Part shown: positions 8,701 through 17,102 of the stretch, piece by piece
How positions within the stretch are numbered: position 1 is the first letter of the stretch
Layout of the letters: every line of letters starts with the position of its first letter
Source of the DNA: an uncultured Clostridium sp.
GTDB lineage: Bacteria; Bacillota_I; Bacilli_A; RF39; UBA660
Direction of reading: 5' to 3'
Assembly: GCA_946414595.1 (NCBI GenBank)
Contig: CAMKPE010000005.1
Coordinates: forward strand, 704 to 64,703
Length of the DNA: 64,000 nt
Notes under the pieces: model-generated
Seen by the model: only the letters and a program-made list of their open reading frames with translations
Databases searched by the model: none
What the model was told of the DNA's origin: nothing
Program-made: the position numbers and the translations under genes

Positions 8701-9838
8701 ACAAGAAGTACTAATGTCTAACATTACAGCTATGAGCTTAATTGATAATCCATCACCAGATGCAGAAAGATTAAGTTTCGCTACATTCTTAGATGACAAT
8801 GGATTACATGAAGATGCTCGTTATGTAAGATCTCACGAAGTAAGTGAATCATATCTTACTAACTTAGCAGCAAATAACCCACATCTAGCTAAATATATCA
8901 ATAGTTATATATATGGTGACAAAGTTGTAGGAAACGGATTAATCGATTTCGATACAACATGTGAAAATGTTGATAGATTAGTAGGAGTAAATGCTACTAA
9001 GAATAACTATGCTGACTTAATCAATAATAGAAGAACTAAGTATAGATTAAATGATGAATATACAGTACTTACTGGTAAGAGATATACATCTACAGGTAAG
9101 ACTTCTGGTAGACCAACAGGTACTACAAAACAAGAAGAAGGACATAAGACTGTAACAGTTGTTGAGACTCATGAACAAATTACTAAAAAAGATATGAATC
9201 CACAAGAACGAGAAGAAGCTGAACGTCGAGAGGAAGAAATCAGACATCAAGAAGAACAAGAACATGCTCAACAACAAGAAGAAATTAGAGAAGGAAAAGA
9301 AGAGTTACGTGATGCTGTTGAAGAAGGTGCTTCTCAAGAAAGACTTGAAGAAATAGCAGAAGAACACGGAATTACACTTGATCCTGATTATAAAGAAAAT
9401 ATGGAAGCTGCATTAGAAGAACAAAGACAAGGTGAAGCTGAACGTATTAGACAAGAACAAGAAATCGAAGAAAGAAATAGACAAGCTGAAGCTGAAGCTG
9501 CAAGAAGAGCTGAAGAAGAAGCTAGAAGACAAGAAGAGGAAAGACGTCAACAAGAAGAATTAATTCGTCAAAGTATGGAAGCTGATGAAGCAGAAGCTCA
9601 TCCAGAAGTACATGAAGAACAACCTGCTGAAGAACAACCAGCAGAAGAACATGGACCAGCTCAAGGTGTAGACCAAACTGATCCAGGAAGAGTTGATGAA
9701 GATGCAGAAGAAGAGGATTACAATCCAGATACTGCTTCTATTAAACAACAACTTAACGCTATGAAAATGGCAGCATTAAATCTTCCAGTTGATGTAGATG
9801 GATTTGGATACGAACCATCTGGACCAAGACTTGGATAA
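5744..9838 (+). CDS. 1364-aa acidic bitopic membrane protein of unknown function
   Basis: No signal peptide. The first ~580 aa are E/K/P/V-rich with internal duplications. A single TM helix (WWKKLLAALGIMTIVGGIGALVAELTG) lies at about nt 7520-7600. A ~600-aa globular region follows, then an E/R/Q-rich tail predicted to be coiled coil. Confidence 0.6.
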   Translation: MKKITVVYERNEETNAIELRTIVIFDDNKAPVVTDYVNKESLIAAAEFITANGYDVLKETNTRKAVDDGLVTLVSRTNAKAMAELRAEIMQEELKYGAVEDKVAKAITDGAKEEPKEEIKEEVKDDSKDEETERLVASVEGHELELSQDDRQFAQYLKLYLIRKKRELTREEEGQLFGLVRENERARVLEDALIKLENKEITKETFDEIYNNYRAQLSGAIKNAGIKLIEKAAPVAVEPMKEEVAPAVVEEVKEEKAPAVPEVKEEKAEEPKEEPAVEKNVLNIPKEDRDYANYLKLVMKREKAPLSTEDEGKLMGLVRENERARALEESNIRKTNGTMTEEEYNTIYAQYRKELADSFKKASKEAKVERRTVEVPKVEEAEVKLPEAPVVTETEEPVKTTVIPVPVPVTEDEKPEKEPAKEETKEEAKVETVVPAPVPVTEEKKDAAEPTKAEPVKEEVVVEEAAPVVPVTEEKKDAAEPTKVEPAKEEDKSKVVPVVVPVAVPAAEKAPETKPAESEKAPEKEPEAKPADGSSTEEPKKDDTKAEPKKEGEPETMVVKTADPEIKGLKPGKTEEKVVPVDGKDIKVKKTAWWKKLLAALGIMTIVGGIGALVAELTGKNKPNSNGRELPKTTTDQVTPGPTQTVGLGTNSEAILIPGIGDLNNSIQLPPVATEEPEEKAEVTPGPTEQPIVIVTASPEELANAQRRETINAIESYCTNFSVPAETKAFLMRAEVLDFLTQYTNADQRSEVISALCYGYEANLLTTKEGNFRLAEDGSNYLYSFTRDFLCAKVVVNGYSARQMKTVFGNQDVSYEQIIGGFKNFCYTVTTYGMTAHEPLPFRYLTNNSRAKTDVLNNLMEKLIVVNTNRDNHTLTSQHTDDFISEVFDTFVLNDESIELGQGTKDVAGAIVEAYVAMQSQIANGEPLYLHEDRGYARAGINLQEVDGHFAIGYPDKTTYEFTSLYDVMNHGYGSHAENAERCLSEQEVLMSNITAMSLIDNPSPDAERLSFATFLDDNGLHEDARYVRSHEVSESYLTNLAANNPHLAKYINSYIYGDKVVGNGLIDFDTTCENVDRLVGVNATKNNYADLINNRRTKYRLNDEYTVLTGKRYTSTGKTSGRPTGTTKQEEGHKTVTVVETHEQITKKDMNPQEREEAERREEEIRHQEEQEHAQQQEEIREGKEELRDAVEEGASQERLEEIAEEHGITLDPDYKENMEAALEEQRQGEAERIRQEQEIEERNRQAEAEAARRAEEEARRQEEERRQQEELIRQSMEADEAEAHPEVHEEQPAEEQPAEEHGPAQGVDQTDPGRVDEDAEEEDYNPDTASIKQQLNAMKMAALNLPVDVDGFGYEPSGPRLG
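7052..7200 (+). repeat. Direct coding repeat with 93-bp period (PVTEEKKDAAEPTK[AV]EP)
   Basis: An identical 43-mer, cctgtaactgaagaaaagaaagatgcagctgaaccaacaaaag, occurs at 7058-7100 and 7151-7193. Confidence 0.9.
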
Positions 9839-9850
9839 TAAAAAAATAAA

Positions 9851-9878
9851 AGAAATATAGAAATATATTTCTTTTTTT
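9851..9878 (+). terminator. Rho-independent terminator
   Basis: Stem agaaatata(9851-9859)/tatatttct(9864-9872) followed by a T-run. Confidence 0.75.
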
Positions 9879-9915
9879 GTGCCTTAATTCATATATTCTT
9901 TATAGGTGATTATAG

Positions 9916-10755
9916 TTGAAGAAAATAGTTAATATAGTAATAACTACAATAATGATATTTGGGAGTTTTATCTATACTAATAATGTTGTTAGAAAATCAA
10001 GGGATAATGATCCAATTATGATAAACATAAAAAATGAAGGACCCTTATATGAACAAAAGGTTATTGAAGCAGTTATAGAAGATGATTTATTAATACCAGG
10101 AATAAGTGGATATAAAATTAATATTGATTCAAGTTACTCTAAAATGAAACAAAATGGCAAGTATGATAAAAGCCTATTAGTATTTGATGAAATAACACCA
10201 AAAGTAGTAGCAGAAGAAAATTATGATAATTACATAATAAGTGGTAATAAAGATAATTATAATGTCAGTTTAGTATTCATTATTAAAGATATAAATAATG
10301 TAGAACAAATAGTAAAAATATTAAATGAAAGAGGAGTTAATGGGACATTTTTTGTAGATAAATCATTATTTGATGATGCTATTGATTTGGTAAAGTTTAT
10401 TGCAAATTCAGGAAATGATGTTGAATTATTATCAAATACATATTCAATATATGAAGTAAATAAATATAACTCTATATTAAGATTAACTACTAAAGATAAA
10501 CTATCTTATTGTATCTTTGATAGTAAAAATGAAGAAAAAAAGAAAAGTTGCAAAGAATCTAAACTAGTATCAATTCTACCAAATATAATTACAAACACTT
10601 ACATATATGGAATTGTAAGAAATGATTTATCTAATGGCTCAATAATTTCTATTAATAACAATTTAACTACAGTAAGAGAATTAAAATCTACGATAAATTA
10701 CATAACTCAAAAAGGTAAGAAAATAATATTATTAAAAAATTTAATAAAGGAATAA
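9916..10755 (+). CDS. NodB/polysaccharide-deacetylase-like protein with degenerate catalytic motifs, N-terminal TM anchor
   Basis: NVSLVFIIKD...ILNERGVNGTFFV...IANSGNDVELLSNTYSIY aligns by eye to the NodB pattern (LTFDDG ... ATFF ... GHE.G.H..SH), but the Asp-Asp and His-His positions are replaced. TTG start with an AGGTGA SD. Confidence 0.45.
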   Translation: MKKIVNIVITTIMIFGSFIYTNNVVRKSRDNDPIMINIKNEGPLYEQKVIEAVIEDDLLIPGISGYKINIDSSYSKMKQNGKYDKSLLVFDEITPKVVAEENYDNYIISGNKDNYNVSLVFIIKDINNVEQIVKILNERGVNGTFFVDKSLFDDAIDLVKFIANSGNDVELLSNTYSIYEVNKYNSILRLTTKDKLSYCIFDSKNEEKKKSCKESKLVSILPNIITNTYIYGIVRNDLSNGSIISINNNLTTVRELKSTINYITQKGKKIILLKNLIKE

Positions 10756-10806
10756 AAATAGACAAAATTCACCATCTATTATTAGTAGACTGATAATGGT
10801 GGTGAT

Positions 10807-11550
10807 ATGTTAATATATGTAGATTTATTATTTATAGTTAATATCTTTATTGATTATCTTCTTTTGATGAGTTTATCACTTATTCTTAAAAAGAATGTAT
10901 CAAATAAAAGACTAATTCTTTCTTCTTTAGTAGGTGGGTTATCAACTTTTTTAGTATTTATTAATAACAAACCACTTTTATTACTATTAAAAATAGTAAC
11001 ATGTTTTGCTATGATCTTAATCTTCGAAAAAAATAAAGGTATAAAAACATTGTTTGAAGATATAGTTTATTTTTATATGTTAAGTATCACTTTAGGTGGT
11101 GCCATATACTTATTTAAAGATAATACTAATTACAAAACAAATATTTTCCTTCTTTTTCTAATGACCCCTGTTATAATGAAAATCTACAGCAATAAGCTAA
11201 AAAAGTTCTACACCTACTATAAAGATAGATATGATGCAGTACTAATATACAAAAATAAAGAATACACGTTTAATGGTTATTTGGATACTGGTAATAACTT
11301 ATATGATCAGTATAAAAAGCGACCTGTAGTATTAGTCTATAACAAGAAAATTAAGTATAAATATGAAGATGTTATTATGGTACCTATGGAGACAGCAAAT
11401 AGTACTACAATACTTAAATGTATTAAACCAGACAAATTATATGTTGATGGTAAAGAAATAAAGAATGTACTAATTGGAATATCTCCAAAAGCATTTAAAA
11501 TACAAGATATTAATATGATATTACACAAAGATATAATAGGAGGCATATGA
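10807..11550 (+). CDS. spoIIGA: Sigma-E processing peptidase SpoIIGA
   Basis: Polytopic N-terminus plus the GYLDTGNNLYD aspartic-protease motif. It lies immediately upstream of, and is coupled to, sigE. Confidence 0.9.
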   Translation: MLIYVDLLFIVNIFIDYLLLMSLSLILKKNVSNKRLILSSLVGGLSTFLVFINNKPLLLLLKIVTCFAMILIFEKNKGIKTLFEDIVYFYMLSITLGGAIYLFKDNTNYKTNIFLLFLMTPVIMKIYSNKLKKFYTYYKDRYDAVLIYKNKEYTFNGYLDTGNNLYDQYKKRPVVLVYNKKIKYKYEDVIMVPMETANSTTILKCIKPDKLYVDGKEIKNVLIGISPKAFKIQDINMILHKDIIGGI

Positions 11551-12236
11551 TAACTTTATTACTATTAATAATTAATTTTGTAAAACTATCTAATGTATTA
11601 TTCTATGTAGGAGCAACAGATAAACTTCCTGAACCATTGTCAAAGGAAGAAGAGGAATTCTACCTTGTAATGGCGACAGATGGCGATATAATGGCTAAAG
11701 ATAAGCTTATTGAACACAATTTAAGGCTTGTTGTATTCTTAGCTAAGAAATATGAAAATACTCAAGTAGATCTAGAAGATTTAGTTAGTATTGGTACGAT
11801 TGGGTTAATTAAAGCAATTAACACTTATAGTATGGACAAACAAATAAAACTTGCGACATATGCATCACGCTGTATAGATAATGAAATACTTATGTATTTA
11901 AGAAAGAATAAGAAAGTAAGAACAGAAATTAGTCTTGAAGAATCATTAAGTTATGATGCAGAAGGAAATGAACTGCATCTTGAAGATATTATTGGAACTG
12001 ATAAAGATGTAGTAACTAAAAATATAGAAGAAGATAATGATAAGAAGATAATGCTTGAAGAAATAGATAAACTAAACAAAAGAGATAAAGAGATTATGAC
12101 AATGCGTTATGGACTGATGGGGCAAGAAGAAAAGACACAAAAAGAAGTGGCAGAAATCCTTGGTATTAGTCAGTCATATATATCTAGAATAGAGAAGAAA
12201 GTAATAAGAAGATTAAGAAATGTTATAAGAGTATAA
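11547..12236 (+). CDS. sigE: Sporulation sigma factor SigE (pro-sigma-E)
   Basis: Similar along its whole length to B. subtilis SigE, as recalled (YVGATDKLPEPLSKEEE, HNLRLVVFLAKKYENT, KLATYASRCIDNEILMYLRK, GISQSYISRIEKK). ATGA overlap with spoIIGA. Confidence 0.92.
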   Translation: MITLLLLIINFVKLSNVLFYVGATDKLPEPLSKEEEEFYLVMATDGDIMAKDKLIEHNLRLVVFLAKKYENTQVDLEDLVSIGTIGLIKAINTYSMDKQIKLATYASRCIDNEILMYLRKNKKVRTEISLEESLSYDAEGNELHLEDIIGTDKDVVTKNIEEDNDKKIMLEEIDKLNKRDKEIMTMRYGLMGQEEKTQKEVAEILGISQSYISRIEKKVIRRLRNVIRV

Positions 12237-12237
12237 T

Positions 12238-12263
12238 AACTATGTATATCATAGTTTTTATTT
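12238..12263 (+). terminator. Rho-independent terminator
   Basis: Stem aactatg/catagtt followed by a T-run. Confidence 0.65.
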
Positions 12264-12340
12264 ACAAATAAAATGTTAATAAAACGCAAAAAAAAATTAA
12301 TAAAAATCTAATTATGGTATAATATTTATTAGAGGTGATA

Positions 12341-13426
12341 ATGATGAAAATCATTGTTAGCGCAGGTGGAACTGGTGGACATATCTATCCAGCATTGGCA
12401 ATTATAAATAAATTAAAAGAACGTAATAAAGATTTAGAAGTATTATATATTGGAACAACTGATAGAATGGAAAAAGATATAGTGCCAGCACAAGGTATCA
12501 ATTTTATTGGTATTCCAATGAAAGGCTTAAACAGAAAGAATATCTTCAAGAATATTGAAGTATTAAAGACATATAGAAAAGCAGAAAAGAAAGCTGAAGA
12601 AATAATTAAAGAATTTAAACCAGATGTAGTCTTAGGAATAGGTGGTTATATAACAGCACCTGTTGTTAAAGCTGCAACAAAATTAGGAATAAAGACATTT
12701 ATCCATGAACAAAACTCTATTCCAGGTTTTACAAATAAAAGATTAAAAAAGAAAGCAACTGCAATAGGAGTTTCTTTAAAAGAAAGCGAAAAGTATTTTA
12801 AAGGTGGAAATGTTATATTTACTGGGAATCCAAGAAGTGAAGAAGCATTTAATGCTAAACCAGTAGATAAAAAGAAATATGGATTACACGAAAATAAAAA
12901 ACTTGTTGTATTTGTTATGGGAAGTTTAGGATCTTTAACAATTACAAATATAATGAAGGGAATAATTCCAGCATTCAAAGGAAAAGATTACGAAGTATTA
13001 TTCGTAACTGGAAACAACTATTATGATTCATATAAAGATGTCAAAGTACCTGAAAATGTTAAAATTGTTCCTATGTTAAAAGATATGTTAGATGTATTAA
13101 AAAAGACAGATATAATAGTAACAAGAGCAGGAGCATCTACAATTGCAGAAATAACTGCTATTGGAGTTCCAGCAATTATGGTACCATCACCATATGTAAC
13201 ACATAATCATCAAGAAAAGAATGCTTATGTATTAGAAGAAAATGGTGGAGCAGTAGTAATCAAAGAAAAAGAATTAACAGAAGAAAAACTAATTAGTACT
13301 ATTGATTCATTGATTTCATCAGAAGAAAAACTAAACAAGATGAAGGAATGCAACAAGAAACTAGGAGTAAAAGACAGTGCTACTAAGATTGCGACAATAA
13401 TAGAAAAGTTAGTTGATGGTGAGTAA
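12341..13426 (+). CDS. murG: UDP-GlcNAc:lipid I N-acetylglucosaminyltransferase MurG
   Basis: SAGGTGGHIYPALAI glycine-rich motif and overall MurG-like length. AGAGG SD. A TGgTATAAT extended -10 lies at 12315-12323. Confidence 0.9.
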   Translation: MMKIIVSAGGTGGHIYPALAIINKLKERNKDLEVLYIGTTDRMEKDIVPAQGINFIGIPMKGLNRKNIFKNIEVLKTYRKAEKKAEEIIKEFKPDVVLGIGGYITAPVVKAATKLGIKTFIHEQNSIPGFTNKRLKKKATAIGVSLKESEKYFKGGNVIFTGNPRSEEAFNAKPVDKKKYGLHENKKLVVFVMGSLGSLTITNIMKGIIPAFKGKDYEVLFVTGNNYYDSYKDVKVPENVKIVPMLKDMLDVLKKTDIIVTRAGASTIAEITAIGVPAIMVPSPYVTHNHQEKNAYVLEENGGAVVIKEKELTEEKLISTIDSLISSEEKLNKMKECNKKLGVKDSATKIATIIEKLVDGE

Positions 13427-14333
13427 AGTGAAAGAAATAGTAGAGTTTATAACAAAAAATAACATTGGAGAATATAAAGAAAACGTAAGTTTAGCAAATA
13501 ACACTACTTATAAAGTTGGTGGTAATGCCAAAGTCTTTGTATATCCAAAGAATACAGATAAATTAATAGTATTACTTAAAGAATTAAAAAGATTAAATAT
13601 AAAACATAAAGTTTTAGGTAATGGTTCAAATACATTATTCAGTGATAAAGAATATGATGGAGTTATTATTAAATTAGATGAATTTAATAAGATTACATTC
13701 TTTACTAATACAGTAAGAGCTGAAGCTGGAGTAAGCTTGATGAAACTTAGTAATCAAGCAGTTAAAAAAGGTTTAGCAGGACTTGAATTTGCAAATGGTA
13801 TCCCTGGGACAGTAGGGGGAGCAATATTCATGAATGCTGGAGCGTATAAAAGTGATATGGGATATATCACTAAATGGGTTAAAGTATTAACTCCAAAATA
13901 CGAAGTAATAAGAATGACTAACAAGGAATTACAATTCCATTACAGATCATCATTCTTACAAAAACATAAGGATTATATATGCTTAGAAGCATCAATCCAA
14001 TTAAGACCAAGTAGTAGAGAACTATTACAAGAAATAGTTGAAGATAGACGTAAAAGAAGAGTAGAAAGCCAACCACTTGAATACCCTTCAGCAGGATCAG
14101 TATTTAGAAATCCTGAAAACTTATTTGCAGGGAAACTAATTGAAGATCTAGGATATAAAGGATATTCAATTGGAGGAGCAAAAGTAAGCGATAAACATGC
14201 CAACTTTATCATTAACTATAACAATGCTAAAGGGCAAGATATAAAAGATTTAATAGAATTAATTAAAGAAAAAGTAAAGAAAGAATATGATGTTGATTTA
14301 AAAGTAGAACAAGAATTTGTTAACTGGGAGTAA
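13416..14333 (+). CDS. murB: UDP-N-acetylenolpyruvoylglucosamine reductase MurB
   Basis: TYKVGG, GNGSN, GIPGTVGGA and PSAGSVFRNP motifs typical of MurB. Confidence 0.9.
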   Translation: MVSKVKEIVEFITKNNIGEYKENVSLANNTTYKVGGNAKVFVYPKNTDKLIVLLKELKRLNIKHKVLGNGSNTLFSDKEYDGVIIKLDEFNKITFFTNTVRAEAGVSLMKLSNQAVKKGLAGLEFANGIPGTVGGAIFMNAGAYKSDMGYITKWVKVLTPKYEVIRMTNKELQFHYRSSFLQKHKDYICLEASIQLRPSSRELLQEIVEDRRKRRVESQPLEYPSAGSVFRNPENLFAGKLIEDLGYKGYSIGGAKVSDKHANFIINYNNAKGQDIKDLIELIKEKVKKEYDVDLKVEQEFVNWE

Positions 14334-14339
14334 CATAAA

Positions 14340-15137
14340 ATGAATAAGAAAGTGGAAAAGAAACCTACTGAGAAAAAATCTGACAAAAAGCCTAAGAAAA
14401 AGGTGCCAACAGAATTAAAGCCAATAGAAAATGATACTACAGATGCTATACCAGTAGAGAAGAAAACAAAAGTTAAAAGAAAAATTAAAATGATTCCAAT
14501 ATTGATACTTTTCGTAGCAATTGTTTTAGTATACTTTCTTGTAAAACTTGTATTTGGTATTAAAATACAAAATATTTATGTTAAAGGAAACAACAGTTTA
14601 AGTGATGAATATATCATTGAAAAAGCTGGATTAAAGGATTATCCAAGTTATTTTAAAAACTTATCTTTCATTGTAGAAAAAAGATTAAAGAATGATATCT
14701 TTATAAAAGATGTTAAAGTTAAAAGGCAATTCTTTGCAGTAATTAATATAGAAGTAGAAGAAAATAGGGTTCTATTCTATAAAGTAAGTGATGGATTATA
14801 TGTTTTAGAAAATGGCGAAGAAACAAATGAAATTCCATTTAAAACAAATCCAGTAACAGTTGTTAACTATGTTCCTGATACTGTATATGATAAATTTGTT
14901 AAGAAAATGTCACAGTTATCAGAAGACGTTAGAACAAAGATATCTGAGATTAAATATGATCCTAGTGATTATGATCAAGGAAGATTTTTGTTATATATGA
15001 TTGATGGAAACTATGTTTATGTTACTATAACTAAGTTTGAATCATTAAATTATTATAATGAAATATATCCAACTCTAGAAGGTAAAAAAGGAATACTTTA
15101 TCTAGATTCTGGAAACCATTTCCAAGAAATAAAATAA
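14340..15137 (+). CDS. divIB: Cell-division protein DivIB/FtsQ (POTRA domain)
   Basis: Basic N-terminus, a single TM helix, then IQNIYVKGNNSLSDEYIIEKAGL (POTRA). It sits downstream of murB, as in dcw clusters. Confidence 0.8.
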   Translation: MNKKVEKKPTEKKSDKKPKKKVPTELKPIENDTTDAIPVEKKTKVKRKIKMIPILILFVAIVLVYFLVKLVFGIKIQNIYVKGNNSLSDEYIIEKAGLKDYPSYFKNLSFIVEKRLKNDIFIKDVKVKRQFFAVINIEVEENRVLFYKVSDGLYVLENGEETNEIPFKTNPVTVVNYVPDTVYDKFVKKMSQLSEDVRTKISEIKYDPSDYDQGRFLLYMIDGNYVYVTITKFESLNYYNEIYPTLEGKKGILYLDSGNHFQEIK

Positions 15138-15162
15138 GACACTTATATAAGTGTCTTTTTTT
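15137..15162. terminator. Bidirectional terminator between convergent genes
   Basis: Palindrome agacact-tatata-agtgtct, flanked by an A-run and a T-run. Confidence 0.75.
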
Positions 15163-15328
15163 AATAATAACGATTATATGGATAATAAGGATATGGATAA
15201 TAGTAAACTGGATATGGAACATATCTATTGTTATTATTAGCCCATAAACTACCAACAACTCCTCCTAGTACGAAAGGTACAATTGGGAAAGAATTACCTC
15301 CATTAAAATGATTAAATCTAGGATTCAT
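15161..15328 (-). CDS. 55-aa Tyr/Pro-rich small protein (absent from the ORF track)
   Basis: My own translation: MNPRFNHFNGGNSFPIVPFVLGGVVGSLWANNNNRYVPYPVYYYPYPYYPYNRYY*. ATG at 15328-15326 is preceded by AGGAGG (plus-strand cctcct 15334-15339) with a 5-nt spacer. TAA is at 15163-15161 and abuts the terminator. Confidence 0.65.
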   Translation of the reverse strand: MNPRFNHFNGGNSFPIVPFVLGGVVGSLWANNNNRYVPYPVYYYPYPYYPYNRYY

Positions 15329-15361
15329 AAATACCTCCTAAAGTATTTTATGAATCATTTT

Positions 15362-16249
15362 TTATTTTGTTCTTAATCTATAGAAATTAATGCTTGGATG
15401 ATTCAATAATCTAAATGGATAATATGAATTACCTAAACCGCCAGAAATATATAAATCTATACCATCTATTATATAGTGAGATGAAACGTATTTCTTAGCT
15501 CCTTCTTTTTTAATAACAGGTCCAATTAAAGGTAATATTATTTGACCGTTATGTGAGTGACCTGCAATGATTAAGCCTGGTTCATAATCTTCAACAATAT
15601 TATCAGCTAAATCAGGTTTGTGAATTACTGCAATAGAGTAGTTAGCATCACTAAGAGCAACTTCTTCTTTTACATAAGTTTCGTCAACTGCAATTAAGTT
15701 TATTGTTGAATTACCAATATATAACTTTTCTACTTTATTATCTAATATAGTGAAATTAGAATTATCGAAGATATCTTTAAAGTCATCAAAATCTTCTTCC
15801 CCTCTAATAGCATATTTACCAATAGTACTATTAATTCTATTAAATTCACTCATAATACTTTCTTTATCTTCGTTATCGATAATATAATCTTTATCTATTA
15901 AATCACCTGTAAATATTACAATGTCAGGGTTAGTTTCATTAATTAAATTAACTAGCTTTGTAATATCACTAATAGAAGTATATTGATTATAGTGAATATC
16001 AGAGAATTGAATAACTTTAATACCATTTAATTCTTCATTAATATTTTCACTATAAATAGGATATTCTCTTACTACAATACCAATGTTTCCAATATATCTT
16101 AAACATGAATAAGATATTGTGAAAATAAGAAATAAAGGAATAAATATCCATAGAAGTATTTTAAATACTTTTTTACTTTTTTGTTTTCTTTCTTCTTCTA
16201 ATATCTCTTCGGCAATTTCAGAGTTTTTTTCAGTTCTTGACTCAGTCAT
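15362..16249 (-). CDS. Membrane-anchored calcineurin-like metallophosphoesterase (YkuE/YaeI type)
   Basis: QFSDIHYN, FTGDLID, GEEDF and GHSHNGQ metallophosphatase motifs, with an N-terminal TM helix. Confidence 0.8.
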   Translation of the reverse strand: MTESRTEKNSEIAEEILEEERKQKSKKVFKILLWIFIPLFLIFTISYSCLRYIGNIGIVVREYPIYSENINEELNGIKVIQFSDIHYNQYTSISDITKLVNLINETNPDIVIFTGDLIDKDYIIDNEDKESIMSEFNRINSTIGKYAIRGEEDFDDFKDIFDNSNFTILDNKVEKLYIGNSTINLIAVDETYVKEEVALSDANYSIAVIHKPDLADNIVEDYEPGLIIAGHSHNGQIILPLIGPVIKKEGAKKYVSSHYIIDGIDLYISGGLGNSYYPFRLLNHPSINFYRLRTK

Positions 16250-16975
16250 TTAAATCAATCCTTTCGATAAAATATAAAGTAAAACTAAAGCACCATTGTG
16301 TATCATATGTATAAATATAGTTGAGAAGATGTTATCAGTTTTATAATAAATTATTCCAAAACATATTCCTAAACTGCAATATGGAATTAAATATAATAGG
16401 CCAAGTAAAGATGTACTTAAAGTTGATATAACATGTATAGCACCAAATACAATACCTGAAGTTAAAATGAAAGGCCATTTGCTTGGCATCGCATCTTTAA
16501 AAGATTTTCTAAATACCAACTCTTCAATAAAAGGTGCACAAAACGTTGTTATTATTAAGGCTAAAATTGGTGAACTAGTGATTATATTATTAACACTTTC
16601 TTGGTTAGTTGCCATCTCTAGTGAAGTAAACTTTGCAATTAAAATATTACTTGTTGCCATAATAGCAAGACCAATAACCCAATACTTAATTGCAATATCA
16701 GATATTTCTCCAAATTTATGAATAAATTCTTTAAAGTCTTTAGCAATTGTTTTTCTATAGAAGATAATTAACATAGCCCCGAATGTAATGTCTGCTAAAA
16801 GTTTTAAAAATAAAGATAAATCATCACTTATGTTTAAAATAATTTCTTCGTTTTTATAAATAATATCTATACCAATCATCTTTGCATACAAAAGTTGCAA
16901 TAATGGATATATATAGAAAAGAAGGAAGATTATTCCTAAAATTATAATATTTTTGTATTTTCTTTTGATGTCCAT
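16250..16975 (-). CDS. CPBP-family intramembrane glutamic endopeptidase (CAAX protease-like)
   Basis: Polytopic, with the EELVFRK and FGAIH ... HMIHN motifs characteristic of CPBP/Abi proteins. Confidence 0.8.
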   Translation of the reverse strand: MDIKRKYKNIIILGIIFLLFYIYPLLQLLYAKMIGIDIIYKNEEIILNISDDLSLFLKLLADITFGAMLIIFYRKTIAKDFKEFIHKFGEISDIAIKYWVIGLAIMATSNILIAKFTSLEMATNQESVNNIITSSPILALIITTFCAPFIEELVFRKSFKDAMPSKWPFILTSGIVFGAIHVISTLSTSLLGLLYLIPYCSLGICFGIIYYKTDNIFSTIFIHMIHNGALVLLYILSKGLI

Positions 16976-17102
16976 AACTCCTCCTTAATATACAATTTAA
17001 TTTTAAATGTTTAAAAATTATGTGTCAACCAATTTCATATTAATGTATTATTAGATATAAAAATAATGTATAATAGAATATATAAGAGGATGGTGTATAA
17101 GA

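Noticed and set aside
15031-15258. 75-aa minus-strand ORF listed in the track
   Set aside because: It overlaps the 3' end of divIB and reads through the bidirectional terminator. The neighbouring frame (15161-15328) has the real SD, start and stop arrangement.
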